Assembly: GCA_937920495.1 (NCBI GenBank)
Contig: CALEUQ010000039.1
Span: 8,802 to 72,801, forward strand
Length of the DNA: 64,000 bases
DNA from: an uncultured bacterium
GTDB taxonomy: Bacteria; Spirochaetota; UBA4802; UB4802
Direction: 5' to 3'
This document shows, in pieces, positions 19,205-28,321 of the stretch. The position numbers and the translations under genes are program-made. Below the pieces are notes generated by a model. That model searched no databases and was not told the origin of the DNA. It was given only the letters and a program-made list of their open reading frames with translations. Within the stretch, counting starts at the first letter, position 1; each line of letters opens with the position of its first letter.

Positions 19205-20439
19205 AAATATGTCTGTTAAGTTATAGAGGAAATCCATACTGTGGTGGTCAGGGAATTTACTTAATGTATGTGGCCAGGGAGCTTGCAAAACTTGGGCACG
19301 AAGTGCATGCTATTGTGGGCCCACCATACCCATTTCCTATAGAAGGCGTTACCTACCACTATATCGACAACCATAATTACTTCAACATAAAGGATTTTGT
19401 AAAACCTCACAAGCCTTTTGCCACATTGGAGCCTTTAAATTTTTACGAATTTACGGCATCAAAGTTTGGTATATTTCCTGAAATTGAATCATTCTCAATC
19501 AGAGCATACTGTAAATTAAAAGAGCTTTTGAAAACACATTCTTTTGATATCATACATGACAATCAATGCTTAGGATACGGATTTTTATTAATAAAACAAT
19601 TTGGTATCCCTTTTGTGTCAACAATCCATCATCCCTTAACCATTGACCGCTCAACATGGTTTGAATACCCATCAAGCTTTTTCCTTAAAACCAAACGCAT
19701 CCTGTATTATCCGCTGGTGATGCAGAAATATGTAGCAAACAAGATGGACCTTATTATCACAGTATCACATGATTCAGCCAGAGAGATATATAAAGCATTT
19801 GGGGTACCACTTGAAAAACAGCGTGTAGTATACAATGGGATGGATAGTTCTATCTTCTATCCTATAAAAACAAAAAAAAGGCCCAATAGTCTGATATTTG
19901 TAGGTAATGTGGAAGACCGCAAAAAAGGCGTTATCTATATGCTTAAGGCCTTAACCCTTACAAAGCATAAAGTCCATCTGACCATAGTTGATGGAGGAGC
20001 ACCAAACCGCAACTATGTGCCAAAATGGATTGATAAATTTCAACTCAATGATCGCATCACATTTACGGGCAAGATACCACTGGATAAGCTGGTGAAGTTA
20101 TACGCCGAAACTCAGATAGCACTTTGCCCATCACTGTACGAAGGATTTGGATTCCCCGCAGCCGAAGCCATGGCATGCGAGCTTCCTGTTATTGCTGCAA
20201 CTGGTGGCGCCTTGCCTGAGGTTGTTGGCCAGCATAATAAAACCGGTATACTGGTACCACCCCGTGACCCATACGCACTGGCACAGGCCATAGACTACCT
20301 TATTGAAAATCCTGGTGTGCGGGAGCGCATAGGTAAAGCTGCCCGAACGCGTGTGCTTGAAACATTCACATGGGAAAATGCAGCAAAACAGATGGTGAAA
20401 GTTTACCAGGAGGCAATTGATGCTTACCGTGGACTTTGA
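19201..20439 (+). CDS. GT4-family glycosyltransferase, paralog 2 (a tandem duplicate of the preceding gene).
   Basis: The N-terminal YRGNPYCGGQGIYLMYVARELAKLGHEVHAIVGPPYP and C-terminal EGFGFPAAEAMACELPVI match its neighbour. It overlaps the neighbour by 4 bp. Confidence 0.8.
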   Translation: MKICLLSYRGNPYCGGQGIYLMYVARELAKLGHEVHAIVGPPYPFPIEGVTYHYIDNHNYFNIKDFVKPHKPFATLEPLNFYEFTASKFGIFPEIESFSIRAYCKLKELLKTHSFDIIHDNQCLGYGFLLIKQFGIPFVSTIHHPLTIDRSTWFEYPSSFFLKTKRILYYPLVMQKYVANKMDLIITVSHDSAREIYKAFGVPLEKQRVVYNGMDSSIFYPIKTKKRPNSLIFVGNVEDRKKGVIYMLKALTLTKHKVHLTIVDGGAPNRNYVPKWIDKFQLNDRITFTGKIPLDKLVKLYAETQIALCPSLYEGFGFPAAEAMACELPVIAATGGALPEVVGQHNKTGILVPPRDPYALAQAIDYLIENPGVRERIGKAARTRVLETFTWENAAKQMVKVYQEAIDAYRGL

Positions 20440-21130
20440 TCTTCTGGCCGTACAGGACGGTAATATTACACTGGATGCAGGCTGTGGTTTGGGACGACAT
20501 TCTTTTGAATTTGCTGCCCGTGGCGCAAAGGTTTTTTCCATGGATATGGATATGGACTGTGTTCGTCGCACTCGCTTCACGCTTGTTCATATGCGCGATA
20601 GTGGCCAGTCAAAACCCACTGCCCGCTTTCAGGTTCTGGTTGGCGATGCCTTAAACCTTCCCTTCAGGGACAACACCTTTGACCGCATCATCTGTTCGGA
20701 GGTTATGGAACATGTATGTGATGACAACCAGGCATGCAAAGAGCTTGCGCGCGTACTTAAACCAGGAGGGTTGATTGCCATAACAGTCCCCACATACATA
20801 TCCGAGCTTTTGTATGACACCCTCACGTATGAATATTTCACCTCGCCTGGAGGACACATACGCAAATATGTCCCCCGCGTGCTTGCACATATCATGGAGC
20901 AAAACGGCCTGAAGATTTATGCCATTGACTTTCGTCATTCATTTCATACTATCTACTGGCTTATACGTTGTGTGGTGGGCCTTCATCTTGAAAACCAGTT
21001 TTTTACAAAGCACTATCGCAACTTCCTGACGCGCACTCTGTTCTCACCGTTTATGCAGAAGGTTGAACGCTTCTTTGACAACTTTTTCCCAAAAAGCATT
21101 ATATTGTACGCACAAAAACCATTACAATAA
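20417..21130 (+). CDS. Class I SAM-dependent methyltransferase.
   Basis: The protein shows LDAGCGLGRHSFEFAARGAKVFSMD (motif I) and LKPGGLIAITVP. It overlaps the upstream GT4 gene. Confidence 0.75.
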   Translation: MMLTVDFDLLAVQDGNITLDAGCGLGRHSFEFAARGAKVFSMDMDMDCVRRTRFTLVHMRDSGQSKPTARFQVLVGDALNLPFRDNTFDRIICSEVMEHVCDDNQACKELARVLKPGGLIAITVPTYISELLYDTLTYEYFTSPGGHIRKYVPRVLAHIMEQNGLKIYAIDFRHSFHTIYWLIRCVVGLHLENQFFTKHYRNFLTRTLFSPFMQKVERFFDNFFPKSIILYAQKPLQ

Positions 21131-21184
21131 TTTTGGCGATAGTTAATAGTTAAAACATTCATACCTTAAAAAAGAGGAATATAT

Positions 21185-22144
21185 ATGGCTCTGACCCCAA
21201 CACCCGTACGAACATTACAACATTACCTGGAAGAAGCCATCTTTGTGGGACAGGCCCACCGGCTTGGCGTGTTTAAAGAACTTTATACAAAGCCAGATAC
21301 ATCAGATGGCCTTGCAAAAAGAATGCAATTTGACACACGCGCAACATGGATACTTTTAGAAGCGCTTGTTGAATTGGGATACCTTGAAAAAAATAATGAA
21401 ATCTATAGTCCCACAGAATATTGCACACATCATTTAATTGACGAAAAAAACGATGAATACGAGGGTAACTTTTTACAGTTCTTACTGTATCTCATCAACC
21501 CGTGGCGCACATTGCCTCATGTACTAAGTACCGGAAGTCCTGATGAATCCAGCTTTAAGGAATTATCCATGCATGATTTTATCAAAGGTATGGATTCCCC
21601 CTGGAAAAAGAAATTAGCGCCTGAAATAGTTGACCTGTGTATTGCACATTGCTCTGACCCCACAACCTGCATTGACATAGGTGGTGCCCCCGGAACAATT
21701 GCCAGAGAATTTGTGCGCAGGGGAATTAAAACAATAGTATTTGATCTGCCTCAATCACTAGCAATAACTCAAGATGAGTTGACAACCATCCCCAATATAG
21801 AAGTAATAGCAGGCGATGCAACAGTTGCATTACCGGATCGCAAGGTTGATATAGCATTTTTAGGAAATCTGTGCCATGGGCAAGGGCCTGAAGATAATCA
21901 GAAAATAATAACCATGTGCTATGATAGCCTTAATAAGAATGGTATCATAGCTATATTTGATAACTTACGAAACGAAAGTTATTTAGGTGCAACGCTTGCT
22001 CTTCACATGTTAACCCAAAGCAAAAAGGGCAATATCTATTCACGCCAGGAATATTTTGGATGGCTGGGCAATGCCGGCTTTAAAACACCTAAAGTATACC
22101 AGCTATCCGATAGGGCATGGCAGCTTATTATTGCAAAAAAATAA
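21185..22144 (+). CDS. SAM-dependent O-methyltransferase (Methyltransf_2-like, with an N-terminal dimerisation/wHTH domain).
   Basis: The protein shows CIDIGGAPGTIAREF...IKTIVFDLPQ, with an N-terminal wHTH-like region. Confidence 0.7.
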   Translation: MALTPTPVRTLQHYLEEAIFVGQAHRLGVFKELYTKPDTSDGLAKRMQFDTRATWILLEALVELGYLEKNNEIYSPTEYCTHHLIDEKNDEYEGNFLQFLLYLINPWRTLPHVLSTGSPDESSFKELSMHDFIKGMDSPWKKKLAPEIVDLCIAHCSDPTTCIDIGGAPGTIAREFVRRGIKTIVFDLPQSLAITQDELTTIPNIEVIAGDATVALPDRKVDIAFLGNLCHGQGPEDNQKIITMCYDSLNKNGIIAIFDNLRNESYLGATLALHMLTQSKKGNIYSRQEYFGWLGNAGFKTPKVYQLSDRAWQLIIAKK

Positions 22145-22510
22145 AGAGGGGTACATAAGCCGGATTCTGTTTTGACAGCCATCAATCTTGCATGCATGTT
22201 GCCATGCATGTCTATGCGGCCTACCCGCAACCTTGAGCGGGCAACTCTGATAACGGTTGCCTATTTGGCCTTGCACCGGATGGGGTTTGCACTGCCACCT
22301 GCATTACTGCAGATGCGGTGAGCTCTTACCTCGCCTTTTCACCCTTACCCCACTATGGGGCGGTATATTTTCTGCTGCACTTTCCGTCGCCTTACAGCGC
22401 CCGGGCGTTACCCGGCATCCTGCCCTGTGGTGTCCGGACTTTCCTCACAACAATGCACACACCACACTGTGTATGTACATTGTGCGCATGCCGTCTGTAC
22501 CCCTCTTACT
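22142..22510 (-). ncRNA. rnpB: RNase P RNA (bacterial type A), M1 RNA.
   Basis: The minus-strand read gives AAGAGGGGTACAGACGG...GTGAGGAAAGTCCGGACACCACAGGGCAGGATGCCGGGTAACGCCCGGGCGCTG...GGTAAGGGTGAAAAGGCGAGGTAAGAGCTCACCGC...GTGCAAGGCCAAATAGG...GCGGGTAGGCCGC...ACAGAATCCGGCTTATGTACCCCTCTT. This matches the E. coli P4, P10-12, P15 and P18 consensus blocks. The P1 5' and 3' ends are complementary and followed by a U-tract. The track ORFs 22257-22603 on + lie inside it and are spurious. Confidence 0.85.
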
Positions 22511-23099
22511 ATACTACCACCGTATAAATACTTAACGAATTGGTGCCATATTTTCGCGTTTCTTTTTTTATTAACCTACCTGCACTTTCAGGCATTATAT
22601 TAGTATGGTAATGCTGCACACAAATAACCGAATCCTGATGTATAATGCTACTTTTAGAAATTATGTCCAACATAGAACTGTACACAACGGGTACATCCGC
22701 TATCTTTTCAAACGGCGGATCACAGAAGATGACATCAAACACCATCCCGCGTTCACTGCATAGCTTTACGCATCGTTCTGCAACTATGTTGTAGTGCAGT
22801 GTTCTATCAGACAATTCCCATGCATGAACGATATCTTTTGCAAACTGATAGCGGTTCCTATCGCTATCATTAAACACAACAAGTTTAGCACCTCTACTCA
22901 ATGCTTCCAGCCCAATCTGGCCTGTGCCAGAATACAAATCCAAAAAATTTTTTCCCGTTAAATCCTCACCTAAAATTGAAAATAACGCCTTTTTTAAACG
23001 CTGGCTTGTGGCTTCGGCACCTTTTAGCTTTTTTTCAAACGGTATTATCCGCCCTTTAAAGCTTCCGCCAATCACGCGCATGGTGTGCTGTGAAGCCAT
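22509..23099 (-). CDS. rsmD: 16S rRNA (guanine966-N2)-methyltransferase RsmD.
   Basis: The protein shows MRVIGGSFKGR...RLKKALFSILGEDLTGKNFLDLYSGTGQIGLEALSRGAKLVVFND...FCDPPF. Its 3' end abuts the rnpB 5' end. Confidence 0.8.
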   Translation of the reverse strand: MASQHTMRVIGGSFKGRIIPFEKKLKGAEATSQRLKKALFSILGEDLTGKNFLDLYSGTGQIGLEALSRGAKLVVFNDSDRNRYQFAKDIVHAWELSDRTLHYNIVAERCVKLCSERGMVFDVIFCDPPFEKIADVPVVYSSMLDIISKSSIIHQDSVICVQHYHTNIMPESAGRLIKKETRKYGTNSLSIYTVVV

Positions 23100-23102
23100 A
23101 GA

Positions 23103-23309
23103 TTAATTCTTAGCCTCTTTGATGGCATCATTAAGCTCTTTAATAAACTGATGCACGTCAAGCCCGTTATTAACTGCTACCATACGAATAGTATCCTCAT
23201 CAGCACCCTTACAGCCAATACAATCAAGATTATATTTTTTAAAAACCTTTGCCACTTGAATATTGTGCGTTATAACGTCTTTCAATTTCATATCTTCAGT
23301 GATTTTCAT
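23103..23309 (-). CDS. DUF1858 (hybrid-cluster-protein-associated redox disulfide) domain protein.
   Basis: The sequence MKITEDMKLKDVI...VFKKYNLDCIGCKGADEDTIRMVAVNNGLDVHQFIKELN matches the DUF1858 pattern with its CxGC pair. Confidence 0.6.
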   Translation of the reverse strand: MKITEDMKLKDVITHNIQVAKVFKKYNLDCIGCKGADEDTIRMVAVNNGLDVHQFIKELNDAIKEAKN

Positions 23310-23490
23310 ACTACATTCTCCCACTACAATAGCATTAATTCACTATAAAAGTAAATTCTATGTAAAGCTATCTCCCCTATAACATCATCACATACTATAT
23401 GTAACCTAATGTATAAATATACATACGTAACAACAAAGCTACAATATTAAATTTTGTAAATTTCTACGTCAAGTATACTTTATTTTATTA

Positions 23491-23605
23491 AGTTCCCCGA
23501 AAGCGCGATTGGCCAATCGCGTTTTCGGGGAACTATCGCGCTTTCGGGGAACTATCGCGCTTTCGGGGAACTATCGCGCTTTCGGGGAACTATCGCGCTT
23601 TCAGG
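23491..23605. repeat. A 44-bp near-perfect palindrome followed by about 4.7 tandem copies of a 19-bp unit (ATCGCGCTTTCGGGGAACT).
   Basis: Read directly from the sequence: AGTTCCCCGAAAGCGCGATTGG|CCAATCGCGTTTTCGGGGAACT, then three full copies of ATCGCGCTTTCGGGGAACT and a partial copy. There are no spacers, so it is not a CRISPR array. Confidence 0.9.
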
Positions 23606-23880
23606 TGGCACCCTCATGAGGATATACCATCATGCCTTGGTTAGGATGGAACTGCTACGCACCTTGCAATAACGGCAGGATGGCAAAAGCACTTACATTT
23701 TTTGTATTTTTTATAATTTCCCTAAAATTTTGAATCAGCTTAAAAATTTAAAATAAAATTGTTGCAATTTTTACAGGTCATAAAAATTATTGTCTATCAT
23801 TTTTCCAGATGATTCTACACCATAATTAACTGAATATATTGATGTGTCTTTGAGCAATACAGCGGTGTGTGAATAAAAAA

Positions 23881-23908
23881 TTGACAAATTAGCATCTTTA
23901 GCTAATAT
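23881..23908 (+). promoter_or_regulatory. Putative sigma-70 promoter for rpmB (TTGACA-16-TAATAT).
   Basis: TTGACA lies at 23881-23886 and TAATAT at 23903-23908. A small TTAGC/GCTAA inverted repeat lies in the spacer. Confidence 0.4.
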
Positions 23909-23996
23909 ATTTAGTAACTATCGCGTAAGCAACACATGCTGTGCAGTTTGTTGAATACTATCAAATAATGAATAATACCTTACACAGGAGATAACA

Positions 23997-24185
23997 ATGG
24001 CTAAATGTGAAGTGTGTGGAAAGGCTGTATTATTTGGGCACAATGTAAGCCATTCCAATAAAAAGACCAGCAAAATATGGCATCCTAACGTTCAGAAGAT
24101 TCGCGTGGTTGAAGGCAACAAAGTTGTACGCAAGAATGTATGCACCCGTTGCATCCGTTCAGGTGCTGTACGTAAAGCAATATAA
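23997..24185 (+). CDS. rpmB: 50S ribosomal protein L28.
   Basis: The sequence MAKCEVCGKAVLFGHNVSHSNKKTSKIWHPNVQKIRVVEGNKVVRKNVCTRCIRSG matches L28. Confidence 0.9.
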   Translation: MAKCEVCGKAVLFGHNVSHSNKKTSKIWHPNVQKIRVVEGNKVVRKNVCTRCIRSGAVRKAI

Positions 24186-24773
24186 CTACGATAAAAGCCC
24201 GATTACTACCATTACACCAGCAATAAATATCAAAAAGCCCATAATCCCTGTAACGATAACGGGCAGAACCAGATATCCTATTGCTTTTATAGCATCAAGT
24301 GAATAGCGTTGTGAAACACATCGCATAGCGATGATGATTGACCACAGCATAAGTGCAAGCCACCCAAGACTATAAAAAAATACCGGTGCAAAATATAAAG
24401 AATGAAAGATAAGAACAACCGGCACAATGAAAATACGTGGTATCTGTGCAAGTGCTATTGTATTAATAATAAATCCACCGGATGCCTGATAGCCTGCAAT
24501 CTGTAAGGTAATGGTAAGCAAACCTGCATAGATCACAATACACACACTGTGTATCAGAAACAGCGCCACAAAGCCGTAGGTCACCTTATAGTAAAAAAAG
24601 CCCGACTGTACCGATAAAAGCGACTGTGCAACAATATCCATAAAGACAACAAGCGCCACAACCACTGCGCTTATTACAAAATGCTTCTTTTCTTCAACAG
24701 CAATAATCTGCGAAAGCTTTTCAGGATCAACTATAGCATTGTAGAAATAATCAATAAACTGTACTATATTCAT
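24186..24773 (-). CDS. Polytopic membrane protein, possibly Yip1-family.
   Basis: This 195-aa protein has five predicted TM helices after a hydrophilic N-terminus. Confidence 0.4.
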   Translation of the reverse strand: MNIVQFIDYFYNAIVDPEKLSQIIAVEEKKHFVISAVVVALVVFMDIVAQSLLSVQSGFFYYKVTYGFVALFLIHSVCIVIYAGLLTITLQIAGYQASGGFIINTIALAQIPRIFIVPVVLIFHSLYFAPVFFYSLGWLALMLWSIIIAMRCVSQRYSLDAIKAIGYLVLPVIVTGIMGFLIFIAGVMVVIGLLS

Positions 24774-25699
24774 GGCATGTAACTGTATTCTACTAAAGAG
24801 TAATCTGTTTGTATATAGTGCTCAAGCTTTGGCTTTACAAATGAAGACATGGTAGCAAGTATCCTTTCAATTGGGCTTGCAGTATCTTCATACACCGCAC
24901 TATCTTCAGGCAATTTTGCTAGCTGCCGTGCTTTATTGACTGCATCGTCAAAGGTACCCAATTCATCCACAAGTTTGTATTCAACAGCCTGGCTTCCAGT
25001 AAACACCCTTCCATCAGCATACGGCATGATATCGCTTACTGCCATGTTTCTGCCAACGGCAACATCGTACACAAACTTCTGATAGCTTGTATCTATAATC
25101 TGCTGGATGAGCTGTAACTCTTCTGGGGAAAGTTCCCTGTAGCTTGCAAGTATATCTTTATACTTACCGCTTTTGATGACATTCATACGTATCCCCAATT
25201 TTTCAAACAGCCCGCGCAAATTAGGAGCTATGGCTATTACACCAATTGAACCGGTAATAGTGCCATAGTTTGCAATAATAGTATTACATGCTGATGCTAT
25301 ATAGTAACCACCAGATGCGGCTAAATCGCCCATTGAAGCAACAATAGGTATATTTTGTTTCTTAAGCGATAGTATCTTGTTATATATCTCCTGTGTTGCA
25401 GCAACAGTACCGCCGGGAGAGTTTATGCGTACAACTATTGCCTTAATGCGACTATCCTGCGCCAATTCATCTAAGCGCTTAACAACATAATCAGCATTTG
25501 CCTGCGAGAGCATGTCGCCAGTGGATTCAATACGACCATATATACGCACCACACCAACACCGGGCCCTTCAGTAAGCGTTATGCGCGTCCCTAACGTAGC
25601 CTGTCGTTGCATGGTAATGCTGATCTGAATAATAGCAAGCACAACCGCAAAAACCAGTATAACAAGTATTGCAATGAGTATTCGTCTGTTTTTATCCAT
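24770..25699 (-). CDS. sppA: Signal peptide peptidase SppA (S49 family, 36K type).
   Basis: The protein has an N-terminal TM segment, then ...VVRINSPGGTVAATQEIY...ASMGDLAASGGYYIA. Confidence 0.85.
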   Translation of the reverse strand: MDKNRRILIAILVILVFAVVLAIIQISITMQRQATLGTRITLTEGPGVGVVRIYGRIESTGDMLSQANADYVVKRLDELAQDSRIKAIVVRINSPGGTVAATQEIYNKILSLKKQNIPIVASMGDLAASGGYYIASACNTIIANYGTITGSIGVIAIAPNLRGLFEKLGIRMNVIKSGKYKDILASYRELSPEELQLIQQIIDTSYQKFVYDVAVGRNMAVSDIMPYADGRVFTGSQAVEYKLVDELGTFDDAVNKARQLAKLPEDSAVYEDTASPIERILATMSSFVKPKLEHYIQTDYSLVEYSYMP

Positions 25700-26093
25700 A
25701 GTACCTTCCTGTATATGTGCGTTATGATATTATACAGTACCTATTTTATGCAACATTTTTTCTTTAGTTTTTTATAACCTTGCCCCTTTTATTAGAAAAA
25801 TAGTAGTAAAAATCGCATTAAATTGAAAATAAGTTTTTATAAAAGATGATAATTACAATGCAAATATTTACAGTTAAAAAGGCTTCTATAAAGAAAGACA
25901 TGCCGTACAGGGATGCACGGCGCCTATGTTGCGGATGTTACGATAATAGGCAGGATGCCGTCGGAACGCCGGCCGTGGAATGAATGAATTTTTAAATATC
26001 AGCTTGTGTTGAATTTTTTAGTAACAATGCCACCCTCTGGAGGTCATTTTTAAGAATAAATATACTGTGCTATAAAACTGTAATCCGCGCTGT

Positions 26094-26250
26094 GGGTTTT
26101 TGATTAAAACAATCATTTTATGCAACAATATTATTGCCAGTAAAGTTTTTTATGCATAAGGAATCAACGCAAAGATGAAATTTACTTTTGATAGGTCTTA
26201 TTTCTTAATAATACTAAAAGAAGGAAATAAAAAAACATCTCAACGTAAAA
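26094..26250 (+). repeat. Intergenic element copy B. It is the paralog of 16202-16365 and lies about 70 bp upstream of the tetR gene.
   Basis: The alignment is the same as for copy A. The palindrome TTATGCATAA lies at 26150-26159. Confidence 0.7.
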
Positions 26251-26318
26251 ATTAATTTGACGTTTTTATGCGCTATCAGTATATTGTTAACTAAATAGTT
26301 AGTTAATATTTAACGAAT

Positions 26319-26927
26319 ATGAAAACAACCAAAGACAAAATACTGAATGCTGCTATTGATGAGTTTGCACACTATGGGTTTGATGGCGCACGTATTGATC
26401 GCATTGCACATAAGTCAAAAGTAAATAAGGCTATGATATACTATCATTTTCCAGGAAAGGAAGCATTGTATGCATCAATTTTGCGAGAACTGGCACAAAC
26501 CATTGCAGATACTATCACTAACAATATAGCAAAAGTGTATGAAACAGGTAACCCGCTTATTATCATTGAAGCATACGCCTATCACATAAGCAACTTAGAC
26601 AGGCGATATTTTATGATTGTTATGCGTGAACTAGCAAGCGGTGGCAAATTCATAAAGAAGATTATAGTACCAACAATCATTGAACCCATGACTCAAATTA
26701 TTGGCAACCTGTTTGAGGCAAACAAAGGCACACACATCAATCCTGCCCTACACCCGCATTATACAATGATATCGGTAGCCGGAGCTGTTATCTTCTATAA
26801 TCTTATGCGCCAGATATTACACGGCACATCACTTCACCAAAAGCTTTTCAGTGATGATCATGTATATGAGTATATTGCCAATCTTCTCACATTAATGTCG
26901 CACGGTATTATCAAGGAGGATGTATGA
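26319..26927 (+). CDS. TetR/AcrR family transcriptional regulator.
   Basis: An N-terminal HTH is present: KILNAAIDEFAHYGFDGARIDRIAHKSKVNKAMIYYHFPGKEALY. Confidence 0.85.
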   Translation: MKTTKDKILNAAIDEFAHYGFDGARIDRIAHKSKVNKAMIYYHFPGKEALYASILRELAQTIADTITNNIAKVYETGNPLIIIEAYAYHISNLDRRYFMIVMRELASGGKFIKKIIVPTIIEPMTQIIGNLFEANKGTHINPALHPHYTMISVAGAVIFYNLMRQILHGTSLHQKLFSDDHVYEYIANLLTLMSHGIIKEDV

Positions 26928-28321
26928 AGGCAAAATCTATATTTATACAGTTACTATCGCCCATACTTTTTTTGCTTTTTGTTACCCACACATATGCACA
27001 GCAGGCACTTTCACTGGATGATGCAATAGCACTAGCGCTAAAAAATAGCCCTGAATACATCATTGCACAGCACAAACTGAAGCAGGCAGATGAAAAGATA
27101 GCTCAAGCCTGGGGAATGCTATATCCAGCATTAGAGTCTGAAGCAAGTGCACTGCGTCAGTATGCTGAAAACGGATTTATGAGCCTGTCAGATGGTCAGT
27201 ATGATCTTAAATTTGTTCAGCTTAAGTTTGGCATAAATCCGGGCAATTTTTACAACTCACTGTCACAAAGCTACAACAATTATAAACTGGCAAAAGAAGA
27301 ACTAAAGAAGATAAAAGCCTCCATTGAATACAATGTCATTAAAAGCTATTTTGATGTAATTACCGCGCATGAAATAATTAAACTCAGAGAAAATTCAATT
27401 GTAGTATTGCAGACTAATTTAGCTGATGTCAATCGACAGTTTAACACCGGCAGCATCCCAAAATTTGAACTACTTCAAGCGCAGGTGCAGTTACAAAGCC
27501 AGGAACCTTTGCTCATAGAAGCGCGCAATAACTACGCAACTGCACTTGACCTTTTTAACTATAACCTTGGCGCTAAAAGCGGCACATACAGTGTTACCTT
27601 TCACGGATATGACAGCGATCTAAAAAAGCCGCACTCTTCTGAAATTGTTGACTTGCTGGTTGAAAAGGCTCTTGTGCACAGGCCAGAAGTATTACAACTG
27701 TCGCTGAGCAAAGATATCGCTGGCGATAGCATTGATGCTACGCAATCGGTGTACCTGTGGCCAACATTTACTGTAGCCGGATATTATGGCAAAAGCTATC
27801 TTATGCCGAATGCACCACAGATAGAGCTTCCTTTCCCGGGACAATCAATAGATTTGTCAGCAATTACTGGTACAAGGGAATGGCAGACAACCTGGCAGGT
27901 ACGCGTTGCAGCAACTTATCGCTGGGGTGCACTGGCACCTGTTGACAGTGTACAGGCTGCTGAACGTGAGCAAAAAGAAAAACTGAAAGAAATAGAACAG
28001 CAACTCCAGCAGATTAAACAAGCAATTGCAATTGCTGTACGTGCTGATTATGGTAAGCTTGTAACCGCATACCAGACAATGATTGCACAGCGCAAAAACA
28101 TTGAAACTGCAACCGAAGGACTTCGCGTTGCAAGGGAAAGTTACAGGGCTGGTGTTATAAAAAATGCCGACTTGCTTAACGCTGAGTTGCAGCTTACATC
28201 GGCACGCATGGGTTACATTAAGGCTATAAATGATTTCTGGTGTGCTGTAGCACAGCTTAAAAAGGACACAGGTTTTGACTGCACATATATTATTTTTGCG
28301 GAGGAATACAATGAAAAATAA
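26924..28321 (+). CDS. TolC-like outer membrane efflux protein.
   Basis: This 465-aa protein has a signal peptide and an LSLDDAIALALKNSPEY start typical of OEP-family proteins. Confidence 0.8.
   Translation: MKAKSIFIQLLSPILFLLFVTHTYAQQALSLDDAIALALKNSPEYIIAQHKLKQADEKIAQAWGMLYPALESEASALRQYAENGFMSLSDGQYDLKFVQLKFGINPGNFYNSLSQSYNNYKLAKEELKKIKASIEYNVIKSYFDVITAHEIIKLRENSIVVLQTNLADVNRQFNTGSIPKFELLQAQVQLQSQEPLLIEARNNYATALDLFNYNLGAKSGTYSVTFHGYDSDLKKPHSSEIVDLLVEKALVHRPEVLQLSLSKDIAGDSIDATQSVYLWPTFTVAGYYGKSYLMPNAPQIELPFPGQSIDLSAITGTREWQTTWQVRVAATYRWGALAPVDSVQAAEREQKEKLKEIEQQLQQIKQAIAIAVRADYGKLVTAYQTMIAQRKNIETATEGLRVARESYRAGVIKNADLLNAELQLTSARMGYIKAINDFWCAVAQLKKDTGFDCTYIIFAEEYNEK

Noticed and set aside
20131-20938. 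Minus-strand ORFs of 74-149 aa overlapping the glycosyltransferase and methyltransferase genes.
   Set aside because: They are antisense to strongly supported CDSs and encode low-complexity or odd sequence.
22257-22603. Three overlapping plus-strand ORFs of 69-92 aa.
   Set aside because: They lie inside the RNase P RNA gene on the opposite strand. They have GC-rich, non-protein-like composition and are spurious.
23491-23605. A direct-repeat array that might be taken for a CRISPR array.
   Set aside because: The units are contiguous 19-bp repeats with no spacers, preceded by a palindrome. It is a tandem minisatellite, not a CRISPR array.
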